In this document: one piece after another, positions 40,301-50,017 of the stretch
Layout: each line of letters begins with the position of its first letter
Numbering within the stretch: the stretch's first letter is position 1
Assembly: GCF_963921235.1 (NCBI RefSeq)
Contig: NC_086101.1
Location: 10,170,001-10,234,000, forward strand
Direction of reading: 5' to 3'
From: Mobula hypostoma
Lineage: Eukaryota
DNA length: 64,000 nt
Notes under the pieces: generated by a model
The model's database searches: none
Seen by the model: the letters and a program-made list of their open reading frames with translations, nothing else
Told to the model about the DNA's origin: nothing
Translations under genes and position numbers: made by a program

Positions 40301-43300
40301 CCTCCAGTGATTCCCTGACATTGGCCTGATGTGGAATGTACACAACTACCAGAATTTTAGCAGAAAATTCCCTCGGCAGATTAAAATGATGATATTTGAC
40401 TGCCAGATGTTCCAGATTGGGTGAGCAGGACTGGGACAGAACTACCACCTTTGTGCACCACAATGAGTTAATCATAAAGCATTGTGATGAGAATACACAT
40501 AAATTAAGATGTTTGCTGGCCTGGGCTAGCACCAGTTGGTCTGCCACCTGTCCTCAGGGGAGGGAGAGGGAAGGAACACAATGAAGCATTTGGAGATGTT
40601 AATGAAGATGTTAATGAAGGAACCATCAGTCTGGGTATTGTCAAGAGCGGCTCCCCCTTTGAACCCTGAACCGTTTGAAGTGATGGACAGGCGATACCCC
40701 AGCAGGGGGATAAAAAGGGACAGGTTCGCTAAGGCAGGCCACACACGACACCACGAGGTAACGAGACCCTGGAAGCGGTGCCCCCCCGCAGGTCGGCAGG
40801 AGTCGTTTTGGAAGGCTGGTGGCGGAACCAAGCCTTAAACGCACGGGGTGGAAAGGTACGATCAGCGGGAACCCGGTGTGTGTCCGCCCTTGCTTGGGTG
40901 CCGGGTTCACTGCAGAGGATCGACCACATCTGGAGGAGGGGTCACAGTCGGTGACCTCAGGTGACATCACCAAGGACCTGCCCGGAAAGCTGCTTGTGAA
41001 CAATATCGCAGGTCCGTGAGTGGAAGCCGTTTTGAATGATCATTCGTTCTTGTTCTCTCTCTCCTTCCCCCCACATTGTCTATCGCCACGGCAACGATTA
41101 CTGCGAACTGAACTAAATTGGACTGAACTTTGCGTCACTTTGAAATTGGTCATTTACCCCTAGACAACGATAGAGCTTGATTGATCCTGTTATCTTAATT
41201 CTGTGCACATGTGTGTTTTTCATTGCTGAACTGTTGCATTTATTATCCTTTCGATTACTGTTTTGCTTATTTCTTTAATAAAACTTTCTTAGTTCTAGTG
41301 ATCCAGACTCCAACTGAGTGATCCATTTCTGCTGGTTTGGCAACCCAGTTACGGGGTACGTAACAGCATATTCCACCTCCGCTGCTTTTCGATGACAGAG
41401 CAGTCCTGTCTTTGCGGAGAATGGTGAAGCTGCATCCAAAATGGAGGGTGATAGCCATATTTCTGTGAAGCAAAGTACATAGCAGTCATTTCCTGACGTC
41501 TCTCTGGTACAGCAACCTTGCTCTGTGGTCTTCAGTTTTATTTTCCAGAAACTGTACTTCACCAGCAGGACAGTCAGGAGTGGAGCTCTAAAGCTCTGTG
41601 TTTTAATCCTACCTGGGTAGACCAGCTCGGCTTCTGCAGTCTATTTTCTGAAAGGGGAATTGCACTCATGACCTGGCTCTGCATTCTTGGATCCACCAAT
41701 TATGAGTCTGGATAGAATTTTTACATCTTAAAATGATGTGATTACTGAAGTACCTATGGCTGTGACTGTGGACTTCAGCTGTGGTAATCTTGAGTGGGAA
41801 TATTTGATGATTCCAATCGGAGGTGCACACAAAGAGTTGCCCAACATGGGCACCATCTTGATGATCCATCTTGATCCATAAGCACCGGAATGTGTATTTG
41901 AAAAGATCCCTCTCAACACTCATAATGGGTACTTCGTAGTTTCTGATTTAGTATGCTGAAGGGGCTTCAAACACAGTTGGTGTAACAGGAAGCAGGATAT
42001 GCACCGTCTAAATGTTCCAGCTGGAATCAATGGCCAGTTGGTGGCAGCTGCAGGGATGTAACTTTCCCAGGAGCCAGAAATGAAGAGCTGCAACACCAGC
42101 TCTTGAGAACTCCAGGGTTTCCCCTGCAGTGAGAGTGAGACCCACCCACAAATGTACCTCAGCATCTGTCATCCTCTCTCTGCCTGACTCTTGTTGCCCT
42201 CCATTCCTTCCGGATTGCATGCTTGTTTCTATTTATCTCATTCACTGATCACATTGCTACCTCAGTCTCTTTGGATCTCAGCTGCTCAGCAACATATCAG
42301 AAGTCATCTCTTTCCAAATTGTTACTGAGCTTTGTCTCCAACTACCAGACTGCGTCCAATTTTTCCCTTGCAATGAGCAGGAATGCATAATGCCTCATTA
42401 TGCTCTGACCCGGTGCTCCGGTTCCCAGCCCCCTGCAAAACTAGTATAAACCGTCCCGAGTAGCATTAGCAAACCTCCTGGCCAGGATATTGGTTCCCTT
42501 CCCATTTCAGTTCAAGTGCAACCCATCCATCTAGTGCTCTAGCCTAATTACAGGACAACTTTTAAGATGACCAATTAATGTACTAACCAGTTAATGGGGC
42601 GAACATACAAACGGCACTGGAATTGAACCCTGAACTCCGTAATGCCCTGAGCTGTCATAGTGGTGAACTAATTGCTATACTACTGTGACATATATGTAAT
42701 TTGATAATAAATTTGCTTTGAATTTGATGTTTTCATTTAATGTTGCTGCTGGTTACTCTCAGCTTATAACCTACATTATAACTGTTATCAATTTTTCCCA
42801 TTTCTTGCAGCCTCTGTAAAACTGGACACTGAAACAGCACATCAACAATTGGAGATATCTAAGGATCAGAAGAGTGTGAGACTGACGAACTCCCAGACAA
42901 CTGTTTCTGAAAATGTGGAGAGGTTTACAGGCTGGGAATGTGTGTTGGGATCCGATGGATTTACATCGGGGAAACATTATTGGGAGGTAGAAGTTGCGGG
43001 AAATCACAAGTGGTCTCTCGGAATTGCTGGAGAGAATGCAGATAGAAAGGGTGACCTTATATTAAAACCAGCGAATAAATTCTGGTCCATTGGACAAAAT
43101 GAGAAAGAAATCCATGCAAACGATACTGAAAAATTGGATATCTCTTATCACGAGATTCCCAGGAAGATAGCAGTTTATCTTAATTATGATACTGGGATAG
43201 TTTCATTTTACGATGCAAATACTAAGTCTTTCCTCTACACATTCAATGAGAAATTCTCTGAGAAGCTTTACCCTTTCTTTCACACAACACATCAGAAGAG

Positions 43301-43367
43301 ATGGCTGAAAATCTGTTCTATGCAGGAATCAAAACCTGCTAAGCGTTCTAAAAATAGTGTCATTTAA
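10317..43367 (+). CDS. Butyrophilin-like (BTN/BTNL family) type I membrane protein, 8 coding exons, 484 aa: join(10317..10374,15932..16279,21202..21486,24043..24162,29106..29138,33854..33880,35592..35618,42811..43367)
   Basis: Spliced by hand: 1455 nt open frame, every intron GT..AG and phase 1. Domain order SP-IgV-IgC-TM-short juxtamembrane exons-B30.2 is the butyrophilin architecture. Orthology to a specific mammalian BTN cannot be assigned from sequence alone. Confidence 0.92.
11465..14720 (+). mobile_element. Long decayed CR1 (ORF1 with SGNH esterase-like region, endonuclease, RT) in BTN intron 1
   Basis: DSIVRG, VLIGTNDI, YSNAHS..VVGITELWL, GPDGLHPRV, DFQKAFDKLPH. Confidence 0.88.
14940..15690 (+). 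mobile_element. Penelope-type pLTR cluster with an inverted arm
   Basis: Inverted arms at 14943-14971 and 15026-15054. The terminal block is repeated at 15550-15680. LIFHLGSLQPDSMNIDFS C-terminal remnant. Confidence 0.72.
15932..16279 (+). CDS. BTN-like exon 2, IgV domain (348 bp)
   Basis: KFQVIGP..VVGEDVRMDC..W..YRGRTELF..GNVSLRIKNVRVADEGKYIC is a B7/BTN V-set signature. Acceptor ttgcag, donor gttagt. One N-glycosylation sequon (NVS). Confidence 0.96.
17798..20159 (-). mobile_element. hAT DNA transposon (Charlie/SPIN-like, GTF2IRD2-type transposase), internally deleted
   Basis: 15-bp TIRs TAGTGGTCACCAACC / GGTTGGCGACCACTA (14/15 match) and perfect 8-bp TSD TTTTAGAA. Minus-strand remnants include FHPEWEEEFLF..CVCMMC..H, KHKKPFTDGD and YFSLQ, plus the C-terminal dimerisation region near 18135-18330. 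Confidence 0.93.
18395..19050 (-). mobile_element. Non-autonomous retroposon nested in the hAT
   Basis: (TCTAA)n tail at 18395-18418, GAAGATGGCGG 5' end near 19050. Interrupts the transposase. Confidence 0.6.
21202..21486 (+). CDS. BTN-like exon 3, IgC domain (285 bp)
   Basis: IQLVCESNGWYPKPLIQW..KGLFNAQSKI..RCILENQVL matches the BTN C-domain motif C-x-S-x-GWYP-x-P. Acceptor ttcttgcag, donor gtttgt. Sequon NLT. Confidence 0.95.
21903..22207 (-). mobile_element. tRNA-headed SINE inserted in a CR1 3' fragment (about 21660-22380, +)
   Basis: Minus strand TGGCCAAGTGG (A box) and AGTTCGAGCC (B box). 13-bp TSD gtaaagtcagata / gtgaagtcagata. Confidence 0.8.
24043..24162 (+). CDS. BTN-like exon 4, transmembrane (120 bp)
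   Basis: Encodes DVFFPVVSGWLVFLSLLLCLLLIALGFGIFWTIKRRKYMK: a hydrophobic helix then a basic stop-transfer. Acceptor ttttcag, donor gtatgg. This frame is absent from the ORF track. Confidence 0.93.
24252..24767. mobile_element. Tc1/mariner-like non-autonomous element, second copy
   Basis: TIRs cactcagtggctgctttatttggtaca / tgtacctaataaagtggccacatagtg. Confidence 0.72.
25233..26575 (+). mobile_element. Penelope-like retroelement (RT thumb plus GIY-YIG endonuclease remnants and pLTR)
   Basis: RDRVPLVLTYH, FTCES..FIYCIRCSWCGLLYIG (GIY-YIG), FAEHL and LIFRLGSL. Hammerhead-like motif at 26475-26510. Confidence 0.85.
29106..29138 (+). CDS. BTN-like exon 5, 33-bp juxtamembrane microexon (GLEDKESVKQY)
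   Basis: ttttctag acceptor, G|gtgagt donor, phase 1-1, in a non-repetitive AT-rich island. Confidence 0.75.
29230..30570 (-). mobile_element. Decayed CR1 fragments (a similar piece lies at about 26860-27400)
   Basis: Minus-strand GLSYEKHLMALGLYSLEFR..DLIETY. Confidence 0.8.
31555..32365 (-). mobile_element. Rex1/Babar-type LINE 3' end
   Basis: VERVNSFKFLGIHI, KAQQRLFHLRRLKKF, FYRGTIESILTGCITAWYG, RTNRLRDSFF. Short pentamer tail near 31555-31572. Confidence 0.85.
33854..33880 (+). CDS. BTN-like exon 6, 27-bp microexon (GHWKPLVES)
   Basis: ttttttag acceptor, CAG|gtaagt consensus donor, phase 1-1. Confidence 0.78.
35592..35618 (+). CDS. BTN-like exon 7, 27-bp microexon (DWEIMCKNR)
   Basis: tttgtttccag acceptor, GAG|gtaaga donor. 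A Trp-containing 27-bp exon before B30.2 is typical of BTN genes. Confidence 0.82.
35803..37297 (+). mobile_element. Young 5'-truncated CR1 with an uninterrupted RT reading frame
   Basis: ORF to 37209 with [10 protein letters not shown] and KFADDTKL, no stops. TTTCTATG tail. Confidence 0.95.
37757..38345. repeat. GC-rich minisatellite, 58-bp unit, 10 full copies plus a partial copy
   Basis: GCCAGTTCAG recurs at 37757, 37815, 37873, 37931, 37989, 38047, 38105, 38163, 38221 and 38279, with a partial unit at 38337. Confidence 0.97.
38370..41560 (-). mobile_element. Decayed Rex1/Babar-type LINE (endonuclease plus RT), interrupted by a solo LTR
   Basis: VLCFTEIWL, GGGIC|FMINSLWC, VYIPH, FGKSDH, GPDGVPGRALKTCANQLAGVF, ALTSTVKCFERLV. 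Confidence 0.87.
40483..41365 (+). mobile_element. Solo LTR, 883 bp (Gypsy- or ERV-type)
   Basis: TGT..ACA ends and 4-bp TSD GCAT (40479-40482, 41366-41369). Its removal restores the host LINE frame. AATAAA at 41277 gives the orientation. Confidence 0.88.
42811..43367 (+). CDS. BTN-like exon 8, B30.2 (PRY-SPRY) domain and stop
   Basis: ASVKLDTETAH..ERF..CVLG..FTSGKHYWEVEV..W..VYLNYDTG.VSFYDA..LYTF..FSEKLYPFF. Acceptor tttcttgcag, TAA ends at 43367. Confidence 0.96.
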
Positions 43368-43394
43368 CACAGGAGGTCTGTGCAATATGGATCA

Positions 43395-46300
43395 GTATGT
43401 GTGGCTGAGAAGCTGGGGCAGGGACAGGGCTTGGGTTCTTAGATCATTGGGGTCTCTTCTGGGGGAGGCATAATCTGTACATAACGGGTGGGTTGCACAT
43501 GAACCTGAGGAGAGCCAATATTTTCGCGGGTGGGTTTATTCGAGCTGCTGGGGAGGGTTTAAACTAATTTAGCAAGGGGGTGGGAACCAAAATGAAGGAA
43601 CTCAGGTTAGGACAGATGGCAAAAAGCAAAGATAGCATGCAGTCAGATTGTCAGGAAGGGCAGGCAGATGATAGGACAAAATTGCAGCCTGCGGGGGTGA
43701 GTATCAGTGCATTAGGTGAACAGAATCAAAAAGGGTAGCAAATACAGTACTCAAAGTGTTATATCTTAATGTATGGAGAACAAGAAATAAGGTGAATGAT
43801 CTTGTTACACTATTACAGGTTGTCAGGTATGATGTTGTGGCCATGACTGAATCGTGGCTGATGGTTGTAGTTGGGAGCTGAATGTCCAAGGTTACACGTT
43901 ATATCGGAGTGATAGGAAGGTAGCTAGAGGGGGTAGTGTGGCCCTTCTGGTAAAGAATGGCATCAAATCAGAAAGATGTGACAAAGGACTGGAAGATGTT
44001 GAATCCTTGTGGGTTGAGTTGAGAAACTGCACAGGTAAAAGGACCCTGATGGTAATTTTATGCAGTCCTTCCAACAGTAGCTGGGAGGTAGACCACAGAT
44101 TTCAATGAGAAATTTAAAAAAAAGACATGTCAAAAGGGCAATGTTATGATAGTCATGGGAGATTTAAATATGCAGGTGTGTTGGGAAAATTAGGTTGGTA
44201 ATGGATCTCAAGAGAGTGAGGCTGTTGAATGCCTACAAGATGGCTTTTTATAGCAGTTTGTCGTCGAGCCTACTATGGGATCAGAAATACTGGATTGGGT
44301 GTTGTGTAATGAACCAGAGGCAGTTAGGGAGCTTAAGGTAAAAGAACCCTGAGGAGCCAGTAATCAAAATATGATTGAGTTCAACTTGAAATTTGATAGG
44401 GAGAAAGTAAAGTCTGATGTAGCCGTATTTCAGTGGAGTAAGAGAAATTACAGTGGTATGAGAGAGGTGTTGGTGAGAGTAAATTGGAAGGAGCTGCTGG
44501 CAGGGATGTCAGCAGAGCAGCAATGGCTTGAGTTTATGGGAAAAATGAGGAAGGTGTAGGACAGATGTATTCCAAAAACAAAGACATACTCAAATGGCAA
44601 AATTGTACAACCGTGGCTGACATGGGAAGTCAAATCTAATGTAAAAACTAAAGAAAGGGCATACCACAAAGCGAAGATTAGCTGGTAGATAGAGGATTGG
44701 GAATCTTTTAAAAACCTACAGAGAGTAACTAAAAGAATCATTAGAAAGGAAAAGATGAAATATAAAAGCAAGCTAGCAAACAATATCAAACTTGATAGTA
44801 AAAGCATTGTCAAGTATGTAAAAAATAAAAGAGAAATGAGAGAGGATATAGGACTGCTGGAAAATGAGGCCATAGAAATAATAACAGGGGATAAGGAAAT
44901 CTCAGATGAACTAATTGAGTATTTTGCATCAGTCTTCACTGTGGAGGACACTAGCAGTGTGCCAGATGTTGTAGTGTGTGAAGGAAGAAAAGTGAGTGCA
45001 GTTACTATTACAAGGTAGAAGGTGCTCAAAAAGCTGAAAGACCTAAGGGTACATAAGTCAGCCGGAGCAGATGAACTGCACCCTAGGGTTCTGAAAGAGG
45101 TAGTGTTAGAGATTGTGGAGGCATTAGCAATGACCTTTCAAAAATAGTTGGACTCTTGCATGGTGCCAGATGGCTGGAAAATTACAAATGTCACTCCACT
45201 CTTTAAGAAGGGAGGAAGGCGGCAGTAAGCCTGACCTCAGTGATTGGGAAGATGTTTGACTCAATTGTTGAGGTTATGGAGTACTTTGTGACACAGGACA
45301 AGATAGGACAAAAATCTTGCCTGATGAACCTGTTGGAATTCTTGGAGGAGGTTGCAAGTAGGATGGATAAAGGAGTGCAGTGGATGTTGTATATTTGGAC
45401 TTTCAGAAAGCCTTTGACATGTTGCCACACATGAGGCTGCTTACCAAGTTAAGAGCCCATGGTATTACAGCAGAGTTACGAACATGGTTAGAGCATTGGC
45501 TGATTGGTAGGAGGCAGCAAGTGGCAATAAAAGGCGTCTTTTCTGGTTGGCTGCCAGAGACTAGTGGTGTTCCGCAGGGGTTGGTGTTACGACCGCTTCT
45601 TTTTATGCTGTATTACAATGATTTAGATGATTGAATGGATGGCTTTGTTGCCAAGTTTGCAGATAATATGAAGATTGGTGGAGGAGCAGGTAGTGTTGAG
45701 GAAACAGATAGGCTGCAGAGGGACTTAGACTGATTAGGAGAATGGGGAAGAAAGTGGCAAATGAAATACAATGTTGGAAAATGCATGGTCGTGCACTTTG
45801 GTAGTAGAAATAAATGTGCAGACTATTTTCTAACTGGGGAGAAAATCCAAAAATCTGAGAGGCAAAGGGACTTAGGAGTACTTGAGCTGAACATCCTAAA
45901 GGTTAACTTGCTGGTTGAGTCAGTGGTGAGGAACGCAAATGCAATTTTAGCATTAATTTCAAGAGGTCTAGAATACAAGAGCAGGGATATGTTGCTGAGA
46001 CTTTATAAGGCACGGGTAAGGCTTCACCTTGAGTATTGCGAACAGTCTTGGGCTCCTCATCGACTGAAATATGTGCTGGTGTTGGAGAGGGTCCAAAGGA
46101 TGTTCACAAGGATAACACCAGGAAGGAAAGGGTTATCATACGAGGAACATTTGATGGATCTCAGTCTGTACTTGCTGGAATTTTGAAGGATGAAAGGGGA
46201 TCTCATTGAAACATTTTGAATGTTGAAAGGCCTAGACAGAGTAGATATGGAAAGGATGTTTTCCATGGTTCAGGAGTGTAGGACAAGAGGGCACAGCCTC

Positions 46301-46575
46301 ATGATAGAGGGACGTACATTTAAGGTAGAGATGCGGAGAAATTTGTGAATTTGTGCTGAATTTGTTATCACATGCATCTGTGGAGGCCAGGTTGTGGGTA
46401 TATTTAAGGCAGAGATTAATAGATTCTTGATTGGATATGGCATCAAGGATTACAGGGAGAAGGCTGGGGAATAGGGCTGAGGAGGGGGGAAAAGGATCAG
46501 CCTTGTTTGAATGGCAGACCAGACTCAATGGGCCAAATGGCCTTCTTCTGCTCCTATGTCTTATAGTCTTATGCT
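43395..46575 (+). mobile_element. Decayed CR1 (end of ORF1, most of ORF2, 3' tail) directly after the BTN stop codon
   Basis: YLNV..VAMTESW, GGSVALLV, YFASVFTVED, DFQKAFD, LEYCEQSWAP. TCTTATG-like tail. Confidence 0.9.
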
Positions 46576-46640
46576 CTTATAAATATGTAAATATGGTCTT
46601 ATAAATATGTAAATATGGTCTTACAAATATGTAAATATGG
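46575..46640. repeat. 22-bp tandem repeat x3 (TCTTATAAATATGTAAATATGG) at the CR1 tail
   Basis: Units start at 46575, 46597 and 46619. Confidence 0.9.
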
Positions 46641-47199
46641 GAGTTCTTTGAGCAACACACACAAAATGCTGGCACCATTTATGGATGGGAATAGATAGGT
46701 GACGTTTTGGACTAAAACATCATCAGGAATAGAAAGGAAGGAGGAAGACAGAATAAAAGATGGGGTGGGGGAGGAGTACAAGCCGGCAGGTGATTGGTGA
46801 GACCAGGTGACCTCATATTCCACCTGGGTAGCCTCCACCTGAAGACATGAACATCAATTACTCTAAATTCCAGTATTTTCCCCCTCCCACTTTTCTTTTG
46901 CTCCATTCCCCATTCTGTCTCCCCTCTTACCCTTTCCCTTCTCTTCACATCATAAAATTAAGGTAACCAATAGAAAACAGTGTGGTGATATTAACGATAG
47001 ATTTTAAATATTAAAGCTTAGCTTTATTTGGTGCATGTACATGGAAACACATTCACTGTACTCAGTGATGCGTTGTTTGAATCAAGGACCAACACAGCCC
47101 GGCAGTGTGCTGGGGACAGGGGCGCTAGGCTTCTGGCGGCAGCAAAGCATGCTACTAACCCCATCCCATACATCTTCGGAATGAGTTAGGGAACTGTAT

Positions 47200-47235
47200 C
47201 AGACTGATGAAGGGTCTCAGCCCAAAACGTCGACT
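47200..47235 (+). ncRNA. Minimal type I hammerhead ribozyme-like motif (Penelope pLTR), degenerate
   Basis: CTGATGA-A-GGG-TCTCAG-CCC-AAAAC-GTC-GACT. The G of the GAAA box is substituted. Related copies are listed in findings. Confidence 0.6.
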
Positions 47236-47384
47236 GTTTACTCTTTTCCATAGATGTTGTCTGGCCGGCTGAATTCCTCCAGCATTTTGCTTCATTGAAA
47301 CTATCACTTACTTTATTACTCTGTTTCACATTGTTTACTGCCTCCTGTGTAAGCAACAGTAAGATCCTATTTTATAAACCAAAA

Positions 47385-47860
47385 TGAACTTCATTAATAA
47401 AAATATTTACAAAAATAAACCATACAATGTCTTTAACTTCTTACATTCATAGTCAATGCATTACACACTATTTATTGCATTCCTTAAAACCAATAGGACT
47501 GGAGTGTTAACTGCTACAATAATTGAAGAGCTTTTTCATCCAACTCAGACTTGTCCTGTCCAGTAAGGGAAGAACCCTATACCATGATGAGGGCAACATT
47601 GGGTGCGTTTTTGCCCCTGTTGTGCAAGGACTTACCCACTGTGACCCATCTGGCTCACTCCATCTTGGATCCCCAGATAAACCTCAAGACAGTTCTGGGG
47701 ATTCCTAGCAGGAGGAGTGGAGGACGTTTCACATTTGTGTCAAGTACAGCAGCCCAGAGAGCACCTCACACCTGATAGGTGTTCTTCCCAGTTATTGACA
47801 AGGAGCACCCTCCCACAGTCCCAGTTTCTCTTTTACCTTCCCAATCCACTCCAGCCAGTA
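47385..47860 (-). mobile_element. Tx1-like LINE remnant
   Basis: Minus strand WLEWIGKVKEKLGLWEG..SITGK..IRCEVLSGLLYL, with frameshifts. Confidence 0.55.
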
Positions 47861-48379
47861 CTTGTTGCATTGGGCCAGTTATACTTTATACTTTATTGTC
47901 GCCAAACAATTGATACTAGAATGTACAATCATCATAGCGATATTTGATTCGGCGCTTCCTGCTCCCTGGATTACAAATCGATAGTAAATATTAAAAATTT
48001 AAATTATAAATAATAAATAGAAAATAGAAAATGGAAAGTAAGGTAGTGCAAAAAAACCGAGAGGCAGGTCCGGATATTTGGAGGGTACGGCTCAGATCCG
48101 GGTCAGGATCCGTTCAGCAGTCTTATCGCAGTTGGAAAGAAGCTGTTCCCAAATCTGGCCGTACGAGTCTTCAAGCTCCTGAGCCTTCTCCCGGAGGGAA
48201 GAGGGTCGAAAAGTCTGTTGCCAAAGAGCATGGCCTCACTCTTCATTCAGTTAACCCTGGCCCCCGATGCCAACTCAAACTGATTGCAGATGCTGATCAA
48301 TTTGTGAACTGACCTGAGGTCTGAGCAGAAGATGGTGATGTCCACGTACAGGGAGAATGGGTTACTTGGCCAAGTAATA

Positions 48380-49470
48380 AAGACCTGTGCTGGTTAACTG
48401 ACTACAGTGTTCACTACAATCTTTAACCTTTCGCTTCAGCAGTATGTGGTTCCCACTTTCTTCAAGCAGGTTTCAATTATACCGGTGGCCAAGAAGACAT
48501 GGGAAGTTCCTCAAAGACTATCGCCCACTTGCGCAGTGATGAAGCATATTAAGTCCGGCCTGAGAAGCAGCTTAGATCCGCTCCAATTTCCCTTCCGGAG
48601 CAGCAGGTCCACTGTACATGCCATCGTATTGGCACCTCACTCTCCCCTGGAACATCTAAGATGCATACATCAGGATGTTCTTTTATAACTACAGCTCAGC
48701 ATTCAGTACCATCATCCCCTCTAAACTAATCAATAAGCTGCAAGACCTCTGCTTCATATATATCCTTGTGCAGTTGGATCCTGGATTTCCTCACTTGCAG
48801 GCCCCAGTCAGTTCAGATTGACAACAGCTCCTCCACGATCTCCAGCAGCACAGGTGCACTGCAAGTCTGTGTGCTCAGCCCCTGCTCTACTCACTTCACA
48901 CTTACGACTGTGTGGATAAGCACAGCTCCAATGCCATTTTAAAATAACTTCACTACTGACACAACTGGCATTGGTTGAATCAAAGGTGGTGATGGATCAG
49001 CAAACAAGAGGGAGATTTGAAGTCTGGCTGAATGTCGTCATAACAACGACCTGTTACTCAATGTCAGCAAGGTGATGATTTCAGGAGAAGGAAGGTCCAG
49101 GAGCCAGTCCTTATCGGAGGATCAGAGGTGAAGAAGGTTAGCAACTTTAAATTACTGAGTGTTATCATTTCAGAGGGCCTGTTCTGGGCCCAGCATGTAT
49201 GTGCAATTATGAAGAAAGCATGGCAGTGCCTCTACTTTCTTAGGGGATTGCAAAGATTTGTCCTGACATCTAAAACTTTGAGAAACTTGTATAGATGTGT
49301 AACGGAGAGTATATTGACCAGCTGCATCACAACTTGGTATGGAAACAATAATACTCTTCCATGGAAAATCCTACAAAAGCAGTAGATACAGCCCAGTCCA
49401 TCATGGGTAAAGCCCTCCCCACCATGGAGCACATCTACATGAAACACTATCACTTGAAAGTAGCATCTAT
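48380..49470 (+). mobile_element. Decayed Rex1/Babar-type LINE RT
   Basis: IFNLSLQQ..IIPVAKK, LDPLQFPFR, VSNFKLLSV, ESILTSCITTWYG. Confidence 0.83.
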
Positions 49471-50017
49471 CAATTGAATTGAATTGAATTGAATTGACTT
49501 TAATCACCTACATCCTTCACATACATGAGGAGTAAAAATGTTTATGTTACATCTCCATCTAAATGTGCAATGTGCAATTTATAGTAATTTGTAATAGATA
49601 GTATGTTCAACAGGAGAGTCAATATAACATAGAAATACAATTGCATCAGCATGAATTAATCAGTCTGATGGCCTGGTGGAAGAAGCTGTCCTGGAGCCTG
49701 TTGGTCCTGGCTTTGATGCTGCAGGAAGTTCCCAGACGTTAGCAGCTGGAACAGTTTGAGGTTGGGGGTGACTTGGGTCCCCAAAGATCCTTCGGTCCCT
49801 TTTTACGCACCTGTCTCTGTAAATGTCCTGAATAGTGGTAAGTTCACATCTACAGATGCGCTGGGCTGTCCGCACCACTCTCTGCAGAGTCCTGTGATTG
49901 AGGGAATTACAGTTCCCATACCAGGCAGTGATGCAGTCAATCAGGATGCTCCCAATTGTGCCCCTGTAGAAAGTCCTTCAGATTTGGGGACTCGTTGATC
50001 ATGTGGATAGTCAGAGG

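Noticed and set aside
42811..43367. B30.2 exon as part of a TRIM gene
   Set aside because: No RING or B-box exons seen. Phase and order fit the upstream Ig-TM exons.
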